DNA of 20,000 nucleotides from an uncultured virus (IMG/VR IMGVR_UViG_3300022876_000185) (Duplodnaviria; Heunggongvirae; Uroviricota; Caudoviricetes), in IMG/VR virus record IMGVR_UViG_3300022876_000185; one strand, 5' to 3'. Position numbers and translations under genes: made by a program. The notes under the pieces were generated by a model, which saw nothing but the letters and a program-made list of their open reading frames with translations, ran no database searches and was not told the origin of the DNA. Below, in pieces: positions 1-7,481 of the stretch. The stretch's first letter is position 1. Each line of letters starts with the position of its first letter.

Positions 1-945
1 GCAGTTCATACGCTTAGTCATAAACTCTTCACGGTTTGTCGGATCGTCTTCTAAATCCTCGTACTCTTCAAAAATCGTATCGAATAGCCCTTGGGCATAT
101 TCACTACGAGGATGACAAAGCATTGGATTGGCCTTTTCCCAGCTTTCAATTTCATCAACTTCCTTTTCATCATCTAACTTACAGATGAAAGGGAATAACG
201 CATTCGGCCGTGCTTCACCACTTAAAACCTTTATTGCTTTTTCTTTTTGTTTATCTAAAAATCCATCTCGAACATATCCATCAGTACCAATATAAAACTC
301 ACGTGGATTTTTCTTCTTTCCAAGCCCTGAAATATGGACTCGAACATCCTTATTGCTTTCAAATTGGTGTATCTCATCGAATACAACGGCACCGTCACGC
401 AAACCATCTTTTGTTTCTCCATTGGAAGTACGAAACTTTAATATCGAATCAGTTTTATTGCTTGTGATCTTTTCTTTTGTTCGATAAAACATTGATTTTA
501 ATATGCTGTTTCGACCAATAACATTGTAGGTTTCATCAAATGAAGTTTTGGCTTGTTCTTCACTGTTGGCAACAATCGAAACGTTGTATTCTCTAATACC
601 GTGATGTGGTCCAATTAAGAAATGAGTAACAACAGAAATCAAACCATTCTTACCGCCACCACGACCAAGCATCCATAAATGCTTACGATAAAACACACGG
701 CCATTCTTTTTGAAAAATAAAAAGACGAATGCGATTAAAAACTTCTGAAACGGTTGTAAAGGGAAATACCACTTCTCACCGAATCGGATACATTTTTCAA
801 TCATATCGTCATCAAAAAACAAATCATCTCGAGTTAATACATGCTCTCGCAAATATTCAATCAACATGATCCGTTCGTTATTAAGTTTGATTTGTCCAGA
901 TTCATAAAGATGAATGTATTCGTCCACATACTTATTGTTAATCAA
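1..945 (-). CDS. terL: Phage terminase large subunit, 5' part (runs off the window)
   Basis: Not in the ORF track; translated by hand from TTG at 945 (overlaps the terS stop, TTGA): MINNKYVDEYIHLYESGQIKLN...; Walker A GRGGGKNG, Walker B VVFDEIH, later WEKANP; open through position 1; follows terS. Confidence 0.95.
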   Translation of the reverse strand, partial: MINNKYVDEYIHLYESGQIKLNNERIMLIEYLREHVLTRDDLFFDDDMIEKCIRFGEKWYFPLQPFQKFLIAFVFLFFKKNGRVFYRKHLWMLGRGGGKNGLISVVTHFLIGPHHGIREYNVSIVANSEEQAKTSFDETYNVIGRNSILKSMFYRTKEKITSNKTDSILKFRTSNGETKDGLRDGAVVFDEIHQFESNKDVRVHISGLGKKKNPREFYIGTDGYVRDGFLDKQKEKAIKVLSGEARPNALFPFICKLDDEKEVDEIESWEKANPMLCHPRSEYAQGLFDTIFEEYEDLEDDPTNREEFMTKRMNC

Positions 946-1274
946 ATTAAATCATCTTCCGAATACTCTTCTTTGCTTTTGCCCTCCACAGTTGATGCAG
1001 CAGGGGGCAGTCCTTCATCTACAAAGTTAAACGACTTCTCCAAAGCAATTAATTGAGTATTTATTTTCGTTTTATCTGTCATTGCTGGATGACTCTTAAT
1101 GAAACGTTGTTTACCGTTTTCTATGATGATAGTGGATCCGTCTTTTTCAAGTGCTTCATCACATTGCTTGTCGAGTTTAAGCAACTCAATATATCGCTCA
1201 ACCTTCTTCACTTCCAGCAAATCATTTGTATCAATCCGACTCATCAGCTGAGCCTTCAAATTTTCTAAGTTCAT
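942..1274 (-). CDS. terS: Phage terminase small subunit (P27 family-like)
   Basis: 110 aa with DG..I..ENG.Q...KSHPA motif typical of P27-type TerS; lies between HNH and terL; strong G-rich RBS (GGGGGAGGGGG). Confidence 0.9.
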   Translation of the reverse strand: MNLENLKAQLMSRIDTNDLLEVKKVERYIELLKLDKQCDEALEKDGSTIIIENGKQRFIKSHPAMTDKTKINTQLIALEKSFNFVDEGLPPAASTVEGKSKEEYSEDDLI

Positions 1275-1314
1275 AACCTAACCCCCTCCCCCCTCTCGCG
1301 TGGAAATAATAACC

Positions 1315-1390
1315 TTTAAAAATCTGGACAGAACACCCCATCACCGGTGCCCAGGTTTTAAAAAATTTCAAAACTTTTTACCCGGGGGGT
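1315..1390. other. Probable cos/packaging initiation region
   Basis: Intergenic between HNH and terS. GC-rich core CCCCATCACCGGTG (1336-1349) flanked by imperfect inverted repeats TTTAAAAATCTGG / CCAGGTTTTAAA, plus CCCGGGGGGT at 1381-1390. This is the usual cos position in HNH-terS-terL phages. Confidence 0.6.
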
Positions 1391-1391
1391 A

Positions 1392-1739
1392 TTACCATTT
1401 CTCATCATCTCGCCACTTGTTAGGTTTACTGAATACTCGACCATGAATACGGTTATGGCAATCAACGCAAAGTGTTTCGAGATTGTTTATGTCGAGTGCT
1501 AAGTCTGGATGATCTTCTAGTTCTTTGATGTGATGGACTACAAGTTGTATCTTCTTTCGTGTGCCATCATTGTTTAATTGGTTTGCATCATCGATACGAA
1601 CAAAGCCATTGCGTTTACATTCCTGACATTCATTGTTGTCTCGCTTCTTTACTTCAGCACGCATTTGTTTCCAATCACCACTGTCATAGAACTTACGCTT
1701 TTGCTCGATTGATTTGTATTCTTGCATGATGCTAGTCAC
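1392..1739 (-). CDS. HNH endonuclease (terminase-associated, gp74-like)
   Basis: CQEC...VVHHIKEL...NLETLCVDCHNRIH motif; directly upstream of terS. Confidence 0.93.
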   Translation of the reverse strand: MTSIMQEYKSIEQKRKFYDSGDWKQMRAEVKKRDNNECQECKRNGFVRIDDANQLNNDGTRKKIQLVVHHIKELEDHPDLALDINNLETLCVDCHNRIHGRVFSKPNKWRDDEKW

Positions 1740-2112
1740 TACCTTCTAATTGTGTTGGTAGTTCTTCGTTTGGAATGATGTACGATTCTTTGCACTTATC
1801 ACAAACCCTTGTAACTGACGTACCACTAGGATAAGTGTGGTCTGAATAATCGAGCGAACCACAGTCAAACATCCATGTATTATCAATCGCATCCAACTCA
1901 TCAGCCAATGCTCCAACATGCTTTGCGATTGCTCGTAACTTTAATTGCATTTTGTCTGTGTCCATATCAATTGATACTGTAATACCTTTAGCTTCTTTCT
2001 TAGGTTTATCAGGTCTAATAGTTAAGCTTGGTTTGTCCATTGTTATCCCTCTTTTCATTGATGTATTTATTAGTTCACTGAAATACTGAGAGAAGAATTC
2101 TAAACTCATCAT
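1732..2112 (-). CDS. Hypothetical phage protein with degenerate C-terminal Zn-ribbon
   Basis: GGAGG RBS 8 nt before ATG 2112; alternative start at 2040 (MDKPSL, RBS AGAGGG); DCGS...RVCDKC; overlaps the HNH start. Confidence 0.7.
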   Translation of the reverse strand: MMSLEFFSQYFSELINTSMKRGITMDKPSLTIRPDKPKKEAKGITVSIDMDTDKMQLKLRAIAKHVGALADELDAIDNTWMFDCGSLDYSDHTYPSGTSVTRVCDKCKESYIIPNEELPTQLEGSD

Positions 2113-2183
2113 TGTTCATTCCTCCACAATTCATAGTCATACTTGCAAAGTCCATACGATACACCAATTGGATTTCATGGCAT

Positions 2184-2211
2184 AATAAAAAGCACCTCAT
2201 TTGAGATGCTT
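2184..2211 (-). terminator. Intrinsic terminator after the moron genes
   Basis: Minus strand AAGCAUCUC-AAAU-GAGGUGCUU followed by UUUAUU. Confidence 0.75.
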
Positions 2212-2213
2212 AA

Positions 2214-2567
2214 TCATATCCACTCTACGCCATTTAATTTATGCACTACTTCATTAACATCTAGGTATGTTGTCTTTCCAGTACGTTTCATATTATCGTC
2301 TAATAATTCAACATGAAGTTCTTGGAATTCACGTTCATATCTAAAGATATAATAAGTGTCACCTTCGCCATATTTATCAATCACAATATCGTTTACTTCA
2401 ATTGTTGGATACATACCATCTTTATCTTCTACATATTCACTTGTACAAAGCACATATGTCATTTGCCTGGTTTCTAAAGACTGACCATCATCCAAGTAAT
2501 ATTTTTCAACCGATATTGGTTTAATTGGTTCATCACCATAAAATTCTCGCCACTTAATTTGTTGCAA
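2214..2567 (-). CDS. Hypothetical acidic protein (moron)
   Basis: 117 aa ORF, TTG start with RBS GAGGTGA; 16 nt downstream of the 253 aa gene, so probably co-transcribed. Confidence 0.75.
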   Translation of the reverse strand: MQQIKWREFYGDEPIKPISVEKYYLDDGQSLETRQMTYVLCTSEYVEDKDGMYPTIEVNDIVIDKYGEGDTYYIFRYEREFQELHVELLDDNMKRTGKTTYLDVNEVVHKLNGVEWI

Positions 2568-2583
2568 TGGTTATCACCTCATC

Positions 2584-3345
2584 TTAGTCTGCTAATGTTT
2601 CGGATATTTCATTGTTAAGATGTTCTATTAGATTATAAAAAGTATCATCTAACTTGTTAAATTTCTCTTTAATCTTTTTATTTTCATTATTCCATTTAGT
2701 AAGAAGGTCATTTGTTGAGCTTACTACTTCCCAATTTTTATTTGGAAGGTGTTCCACAATTTCTTTAAAGAAAACAAATAATTCCTTATCTAAATTACTT
2801 AACTTTTCAAAAAAATCATCACTGTAAAAAGATTCATAGGAAAATAACACTTTAAACTTAAATAGTAAATCTGATAACTCGTCTATAGATTTCAAAGTTT
2901 TTTGAGGAAAAGCTGGTAAAAGCTTTATTTCTTTAATATTTGATTCCTGTTCAATTCTCTTTGTAAGGTAAGAATTAAGCTCTGTATTATAAATTAGATA
3001 TTTCTTCCTGAATCCATCTAGATCATTAATTTTATTATTTAGAATTTGTACCATTTCTAATTTTTTATTTACTTTTATTTCCCAAGCGAATTTACTTTTT
3101 TCTTTTTCATATTGCCTGTCTAAGACAACATTCAATTGCCATTTCGCTATAAAATATGCACCAAATGCTCCTGCAATTCCACCAAACATACTTAACAAGC
3201 CGCTGATTATTGCAATTCTATTAGGTTTTTCAAGTTCATCAACACCAATTTGATATGCAATAATAGTAAGAATTACTACAACACCAATTGTTATTCCAGC
3301 CAATGCTATCAAAAATTTCACTAATAAGTTCTCACTTTTACCCAC
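2584..3345 (-). CDS. Hypothetical membrane protein (2 N-terminal TM helices + helical soluble domain), moron
   Basis: Hydrophobic stretches FLIALAGITIGVVVILTIIAY and IAIISGLLSMFGGIAGAFGAYFIA; AT-rich; own promoter-like TAGTCT-17-TACTAT with TG extension upstream. Confidence 0.8.
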   Translation of the reverse strand: MGKSENLLVKFLIALAGITIGVVVILTIIAYQIGVDELEKPNRIAIISGLLSMFGGIAGAFGAYFIAKWQLNVVLDRQYEKEKSKFAWEIKVNKKLEMVQILNNKINDLDGFRKKYLIYNTELNSYLTKRIEQESNIKEIKLLPAFPQKTLKSIDELSDLLFKFKVLFSYESFYSDDFFEKLSNLDKELFVFFKEIVEHLPNKNWEVVSSTNDLLTKWNNENKKIKEKFNKLDDTFYNLIEHLNNEISETLAD

Positions 3346-3442
3346 TACAATACCCCCAAAATTTACTAAATTAATAGTAACATGAGCGCAAAATAAAGAC
3401 TACACCCTTATCAATGAAATCCTACTTATGATCAAGTAATAA

Positions 3443-3472
3443 CAAAAAGCCACACCTTGTTAGATGTGACTA
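3443..3472 (-). terminator. Intrinsic terminator overlapping the stop codon of the 323 aa moron
   Basis: Minus strand AGUCACAUC-UAACAA-GGUGUGGCU-UUUUG. Confidence 0.75.
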
Positions 3473-4441
3473 AGTTGTTTTATGCGTTTTCAATAAATTA
3501 ACAACTAACGTTGAATGGTATTCTTTTACAAATCTTTCGCTTTTATTTATAACTTCCTGTTTTACACTTCCATCAAGTTTGCAAAATTTTTCCGTTAAAC
3601 CCAACGAATTAAAGAAGCTACGCGTAGCTGAGTGTGAACCGTAATTTGCTCCCTCAAGAAAATCTTCTGAGGAAGGAGGTTGTATATTGTTTTCTAAATC
3701 ATACTTAGATACAGAAAATGAAATATCATCGAATAAATTTTCTTCTTCTTCCTCAAGGGATACTCCTTCATTTAAAAATAATAGATACGAATATATATAT
3801 AATTGAGAATAATATGGTAGTTCTGGTAGCACTTCATCTATAAAGATATCTAAATCTAACACGTCTAAATCTTCATTGTTATTTTTAATTGGCTTATTCC
3901 CAAAATTACTTGCAGCTAATTCACTAAACGTTTCCTGCGCCAAATTAATGGTATCCAGTTTTTCTTCAATTATGTATATTTTTGATTTTAATAAATCCGC
4001 TGCTTCGTTAATTATTCTACTTGATTCAGATAATGTTTTAGAATCTAAATTTAAAGTTGCTTGCTCAATTTTGTCAGCTGATACAGCTATTTTCTCACTT
4101 GAAAGATTACTAGATAAAGTTTGGAACAAAGTAAATCCTATTGCTACAACTGCTAAAATAATTGAAATAATGGTTCCGGCAAATCCCCAATGATCAATCA
4201 CTTCACTATTTTCTCTATATTGATAAGTAAATAAACTAATTGATCCTAAACAAATCATTAAAAGCCAGTATAATAAATCTTTAACTTCTATCCAACTTGT
4301 TAAAGATTTTTTCTTTAAGTCCTTTTTAAAAAGTGGTGGAATTTTTACTATTAAAGTAAGAATTACTATAGTAATAATTAGCATAGTTGGAACTACTAAC
4401 AACCACCAAGCATTAAATTCAACAGAAACCGTATTTTCCAT
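3470..4441 (-). CDS. Hypothetical membrane protein (3 TM helices + soluble C-terminal domain), moron
   Basis: Start moved to ATG 4441 (RBS AAGGAG), 323 aa; TM segments WWLLVVPTMLIITIVILTLIV, LLYWLLMICLGSISLF, WGFAGTIISIILAVVAIGFTLF. Confidence 0.8.
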   Translation of the reverse strand: MENTVSVEFNAWWLLVVPTMLIITIVILTLIVKIPPLFKKDLKKKSLTSWIEVKDLLYWLLMICLGSISLFTYQYRENSEVIDHWGFAGTIISIILAVVAIGFTLFQTLSSNLSSEKIAVSADKIEQATLNLDSKTLSESSRIINEAADLLKSKIYIIEEKLDTINLAQETFSELAASNFGNKPIKNNNEDLDVLDLDIFIDEVLPELPYYSQLYIYSYLLFLNEGVSLEEEEENLFDDISFSVSKYDLENNIQPPSSEDFLEGANYGSHSATRSFFNSLGLTEKFCKLDGSVKQEVINKSERFVKEYHSTLVVNLLKTHKTT

Positions 4442-4471
4442 AAATACTCCTTTATAAACAAATAATAACAA

Positions 4472-4500
4472 ATTATACTATTATTCTAGGATAAATGGAA
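4472..4500 (-). promoter_or_regulatory. SigA-type promoter of the 323 aa moron
   Basis: Minus strand TTCCAT-17 nt-TATAAT. Confidence 0.65.
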
Positions 4501-4504
4501 TAGT

Positions 4505-4530
4505 AAAAGACTACTTCTTTTGAAGCAGCC
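4505..4530 (-). terminator. Intrinsic terminator just after the structured late leader
   Basis: Minus strand GGCUGCUUC-AAAA-GAAGUAGUC-UUUU; two G-U pairs form only on this strand. Confidence 0.65.
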
Positions 4531-4630
4531 CATTTTGCTTGTTTCCGACATACACGTACAAGCAACGTGTTTATTTTGTAATGGAAATTTATTTAGCGTA
4601 TTTCCGTACGCTTTTGATAAAACTTGATAA
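4505..4630 (-). ncRNA. Candidate structured late-leader RNA (hairpin + H-type pseudoknot + terminator)
   Basis: Hairpin AGCGUA-CGGAAA-UACGCU (4612-4595); pseudoknot ACACGU-U-GCUUGU-ACGUGU-AUGUCGGAA-ACAAGC (4570-4537); no ORF; 5' end approximate. Confidence 0.5.
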
Positions 4631-4651
4631 TATCAATTTACACTGTTTTTT

Positions 4652-4682
4652 TGCGTAATTCACTATACCTCACAATTACGCA
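4652..4682. promoter_or_regulatory. Inverted repeat, candidate ArpU/RinA activator site of the late promoter
   Basis: TGCGTAATT-13 nt-AATTACGCA perfect 9-bp inverted repeat downstream of the ArpU/RinA gene. On - it is followed by an A-tract and a TAAATT/TATTAT -10-like element with no consensus -35. Confidence 0.55.
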
Positions 4683-4778
4683 TTAAAATATACCTTTCAA
4701 AACTAAAGCTCCTATCCCTAACCAACAGATAAAAGGTAATTTGACTTCGATTTGTTCAATGAACAATTTCTTCAACAT
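4683..4778 (-). CDS. Small hydrophobic peptide, 31 aa (MLKKLFIEQIEVKLPFICWLGIGALVLKGIF)
   Basis: Below the ORF-track cutoff; ATG directly after the ArpU stop (TAA-ATG), RBS-like GGGGTG upstream; fills the gap exactly. Confidence 0.45.
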   Translation of the reverse strand: MLKKLFIEQIEVKLPFICWLGIGALVLKGIF

Positions 4779-5198
4779 TTACATCCACCCCAATCGTTTA
4801 GCTGTTTCATCAATCAACATGTTTCGCTTACGTAATACTCGTTGTACTGACATATATAATTTATCTGCAACGTGTGACCATTCGTATGCTTCTTGCTTAT
4901 CAAAATATCGCATATCCACAATTGTTTTTTGGTCATGATCTAATTCTTTGTAAAGCTGTTCAAGCGTTGTAATAATGTTTTTCAAATGCTGATAATTTTT
5001 ATCTTCTGCGAGAATAATAGCTTTATTACCAGTCGTGTCTGAAATTCGATTAGATTTGCCACCGCCAATATTTGTATCTGTTTCTTGGTGTGCATTCAAC
5101 AGTTCCCATTCACGATAGCGTAACTGCTTTTTAAGCTCATCTAAACTTGACCAATATTCTTCTATAGTTTTATTTTGTACTGTTGATAATTTACTCAT
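4779..5198 (-). CDS. ArpU/RinA-family late transcriptional activator
   Basis: Start moved to ATG 5198 (RBS GGAGGG); D.NIGGGKSNRISDTT motif and C-terminal sigma-4-like HTH (IVDMRYF..WSHVADKLYMS..RVLRKR); position at the end of the early region. Confidence 0.88.
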   Translation of the reverse strand: MSKLSTVQNKTIEEYWSSLDELKKQLRYREWELLNAHQETDTNIGGGKSNRISDTTGNKAIILAEDKNYQHLKNIITTLEQLYKELDHDQKTIVDMRYFDKQEAYEWSHVADKLYMSVQRVLRKRNMLIDETAKRLGWM

Positions 5199-5284
5199 AT
5201 GCCCTCCACAATTTATAAATGGCATTTTGTGCTTCACTACTCAATAACGTAGGTATGTGCAGCACCTACTTTGTTTGTTAATTC

Positions 5285-5989
5285 TTATTTTCTTACTAAA
5301 GTTTTATCAATACAAACTTTGTTTCGTGAAGCTTCAAGTTGATTGTTCTTTTCTAATTTTGCTAAATTACGTTTCGATTTATTTCTCAACTCGTTATAAC
5401 GTATTTCCATTTCTTTATTCTTAGATTCTAAAGTAGAATATCTTTTTTTTATTTGTTTATACTTGGCTTCTAATTCTGCATACTTATCTTCCACTTCCTT
5501 CAATTCACAGTCGTGTTTTTGTTGATTATCTTCAACATCTTTTATATCTTCAAAGCCGAAAAGCAATGCAGTGACAATTACTCCAAGACAATAGCCATAA
5601 TCCGTCAGCCCAGGTAAATTAACTGTAAATATATCCCCTCTAATACCTGCAGCTATCAAATAAGATGCCAAGAAAAAAATTATGATTGGTATTACAATTA
5701 CTATAAAAAATACTGTTCTCTTAAATTTAGTTAAGAATTTATTATTAGCAGTAATTTTTTTCTGTTTATTTGATAAGTCACCGGATTTGTAAACAAAGAG
5801 AGCAGGGAAAGTAAAGATTATAAAGTTAGCAATTATATAAATAATTGAATCTGCTATTTTATTATCTATACCCAGTAATCCTAGCGGAAATTTACCAGAA
5901 TTCAATAGTCCTGCAAGCATAACGCAACTAGCTAGTATTGCCCAACCAATTCCAATATAAAAATAATTCAAATTCAAATCTTTCTTCAT
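5285..5989 (-). CDS. Hypothetical 4-TM membrane protein with C-terminal coiled coil (moron)
   Basis: Probable start ATG 5989 (RBS GGAG); four hydrophobic segments then a heptad-rich K/E tail; AT-rich; own promoter. Confidence 0.8.
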   Translation of the reverse strand: MKKDLNLNYFYIGIGWAILASCVMLAGLLNSGKFPLGLLGIDNKIADSIIYIIANFIIFTFPALFVYKSGDLSNKQKKITANNKFLTKFKRTVFFIVIVIPIIIFFLASYLIAAGIRGDIFTVNLPGLTDYGYCLGVIVTALLFGFEDIKDVEDNQQKHDCELKEVEDKYAELEAKYKQIKKRYSTLESKNKEMEIRYNELRNKSKRNLAKLEKNNQLEASRNKVCIDKTLVRK

Positions 5990-6030
5990 ATACAAATTAA
6001 CTCCAATCATTAAAAATATAGTCTTTTATG

Positions 6031-6059
6031 ATTATAGAGTTAGATTGTATGTATTGGAA
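6031..6059 (-). promoter_or_regulatory. SigA-type promoter of the 4-TM moron
   Basis: Minus strand TTCCAA-17 nt-TATAAT. Confidence 0.65.
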
Positions 6060-6102
6060 TAAAATTCATATTCTTAAGTATCTAAAAACACATCCAGTTC
6101 TA

Positions 6103-6627
6103 CTACTCCATATCCACACGCTTTTTACTATCCTCAACATTGAAGTTATCTGGATAACGCATTTTCAATTTATCTATGTTTATTTTGCAAATTTGTTCAA
6201 GTGATGAATCGTAGAATTTAGCTAATTCGATTAAATTTTTGATTAACATTTTTAATGCTAATTTCACTTTACTTGAATTCAATTCATGACGATGAAACAC
6301 ATACTTTTTAACTTGTTCTGAAATCTCACCAGATAAGATAATGATTTTATCAATTATGCTTTCTCTTGAGCCTTCCACAACATAATTAGCTAATGGCTCA
6401 TACGTTTCATTTAAGAAGGTTAATAGTCCAAATGCATAATGCGCTACATCACCCATTTCCTTTAAAATTGCTTCACGATCATTAGCAGCACCTAATACCT
6501 CTGCACATTCACCAATAAGGCCTAAAGCATAATTTGTTAAGCCGTTTTCATACTCCACATTATTTTTAGGCTCACCCATGAAAGGCATTGTACGCTTCGA
6601 TAACTCTTGAAATTTATTTAGTTCCAT
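6103..6627 (-). CDS. MazG-like nucleotide pyrophosphohydrolase (two tandem MazG-like repeats)
   Basis: Start ATG 6627 (RBS GGAGG); LGLIGECAEV...KEMGDV motif; second repeat SGEISEQVKKYVFHRH...NIDKLKMRYP. Confidence 0.85.
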   Translation of the reverse strand: MELNKFQELSKRTMPFMGEPKNNVEYENGLTNYALGLIGECAEVLGAANDREAILKEMGDVAHYAFGLLTFLNETYEPLANYVVEGSRESIIDKIIILSGEISEQVKKYVFHRHELNSSKVKLALKMLIKNLIELAKFYDSSLEQICKINIDKLKMRYPDNFNVEDSKKRVDME

Positions 6628-6841
6628 TGTGTGATTCCTCCAGTAGTTCAGGGTTTTCGTAAATGCTACCAATACGAACATTCTTATGGTCATTGTCGTG
6701 GTAAATTTCCCAAAACTCTCCCTTTCCGTCAGTTACCTCTATTGTCTTTTTCTTATGTTTGACGAAAATCGATTTTCTAGTAGGATTCTTTTCAGAAGCC
6801 CAACCATTTTCGATGATGTCACCAAAGCTAAATTTAATCAC
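6614..6841 (-). CDS. Hypothetical phage protein with YopX-like C-terminal motif
   Basis: 75 aa ending in IGSIYENPELLE; overlaps both neighbours. Confidence 0.7.
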   Translation of the reverse strand: MIKFSFGDIIENGWASEKNPTRKSIFVKHKKKTIEVTDGKGEFWEIYHDNDHKNVRIGSIYENPELLEESHNGTK

Positions 6842-7107
6842 TCACATTCCTCCATTTTTGAGTTTTCCAATTCAATTAACTTTTGTATATAAGTAATTGC
6901 TTTTTCTAAATCGCGAACGTTATAGCCATTCTTTTTCCCGTATCGAGTTAAATATTTAATTGCATTAATTCTGTGAAAACCAATACATTCATCTAAATTA
7001 AAATTTTCATCAGCAAACGCCCACACATCAATTTTGCCTTCATGATAATGATCTGAATCTGGTCTATTCTCAGTATTTTTGATTTGCTCATTTATTGTTG
7101 TCATCAA
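6838..7107 (-). CDS. DUF3310 family protein
   Basis: P..DHY..G.ID...NAIKYLTRYGKKNG...DLEKAITYI signature. Confidence 0.88.
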   Translation of the reverse strand: MMTTINEQIKNTENRPDSDHYHEGKIDVWAFADENFNLDECIGFHRINAIKYLTRYGKKNGYNVRDLEKAITYIQKLIELENSKMEECE

Positions 7108-7481
7108 CTTATTACCTTTCTTCTCCTCAAATTATTCTTAGTAATAATTCCATTTTTCTTTTTCCAATTTCTAATTGTGCATGGTGATACTTTGTACATT
7201 TCAGCGATTTCTCTATCCAATTTTTTATCTTTTTTTAACTCCAAATACTCAGCTTTAGTCAATGTGAATATTGGCTTTGGACCAGACTTTTTATTTTTTG
7301 AATCAGTTTTAATAACCCTTCGCTTATTCACCAGTTTCATTAACTTGTCGCCATACTTGCGGAGCTGTTTACAATTTGAACAATGATTATATTCATTGGC
7401 CGCCTGACAATTACATTTGTTTGTAAGTGCATCAACCTTTTTCAATATTGCTACACGTTTCTCAAGCATTTCTGCGTTCAT
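7104..7481 (-). CDS. Hypothetical protein with Cys cluster and C-terminal HTH
   Basis: CNC...CSNC and DREIAEMYKVSPCTIRNWKKK. Confidence 0.75.
   Translation of the reverse strand: MNAEMLEKRVAILKKVDALTNKCNCQAANEYNHCSNCKQLRKYGDKLMKLVNKRRVIKTDSKNKKSGPKPIFTLTKAEYLELKKDKKLDREIAEMYKVSPCTIRNWKKKNGIITKNNLRRRKVIS

Noticed and set aside
210..1268. + strand ORFs 210-467, 841-1056 and 1053-1268
   Set aside because: Antisense shadows of terL/terS; no RBS or recognisable motifs.
4537..4600. Pseudoknot as a ribosomal frameshift stimulator
   Set aside because: It is not inside a credible ORF and has no properly spaced slippery heptamer.
4595..4612. ACGGA hairpin loop as a CsrA site
   Set aside because: It matches ANGGA, but it is a single site far from any RBS; too weak to call.
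3876..4938. + strand ORFs 3876-4193 and 4741-4938
   Set aside because: Lie opposite well-supported genes; no RBS.
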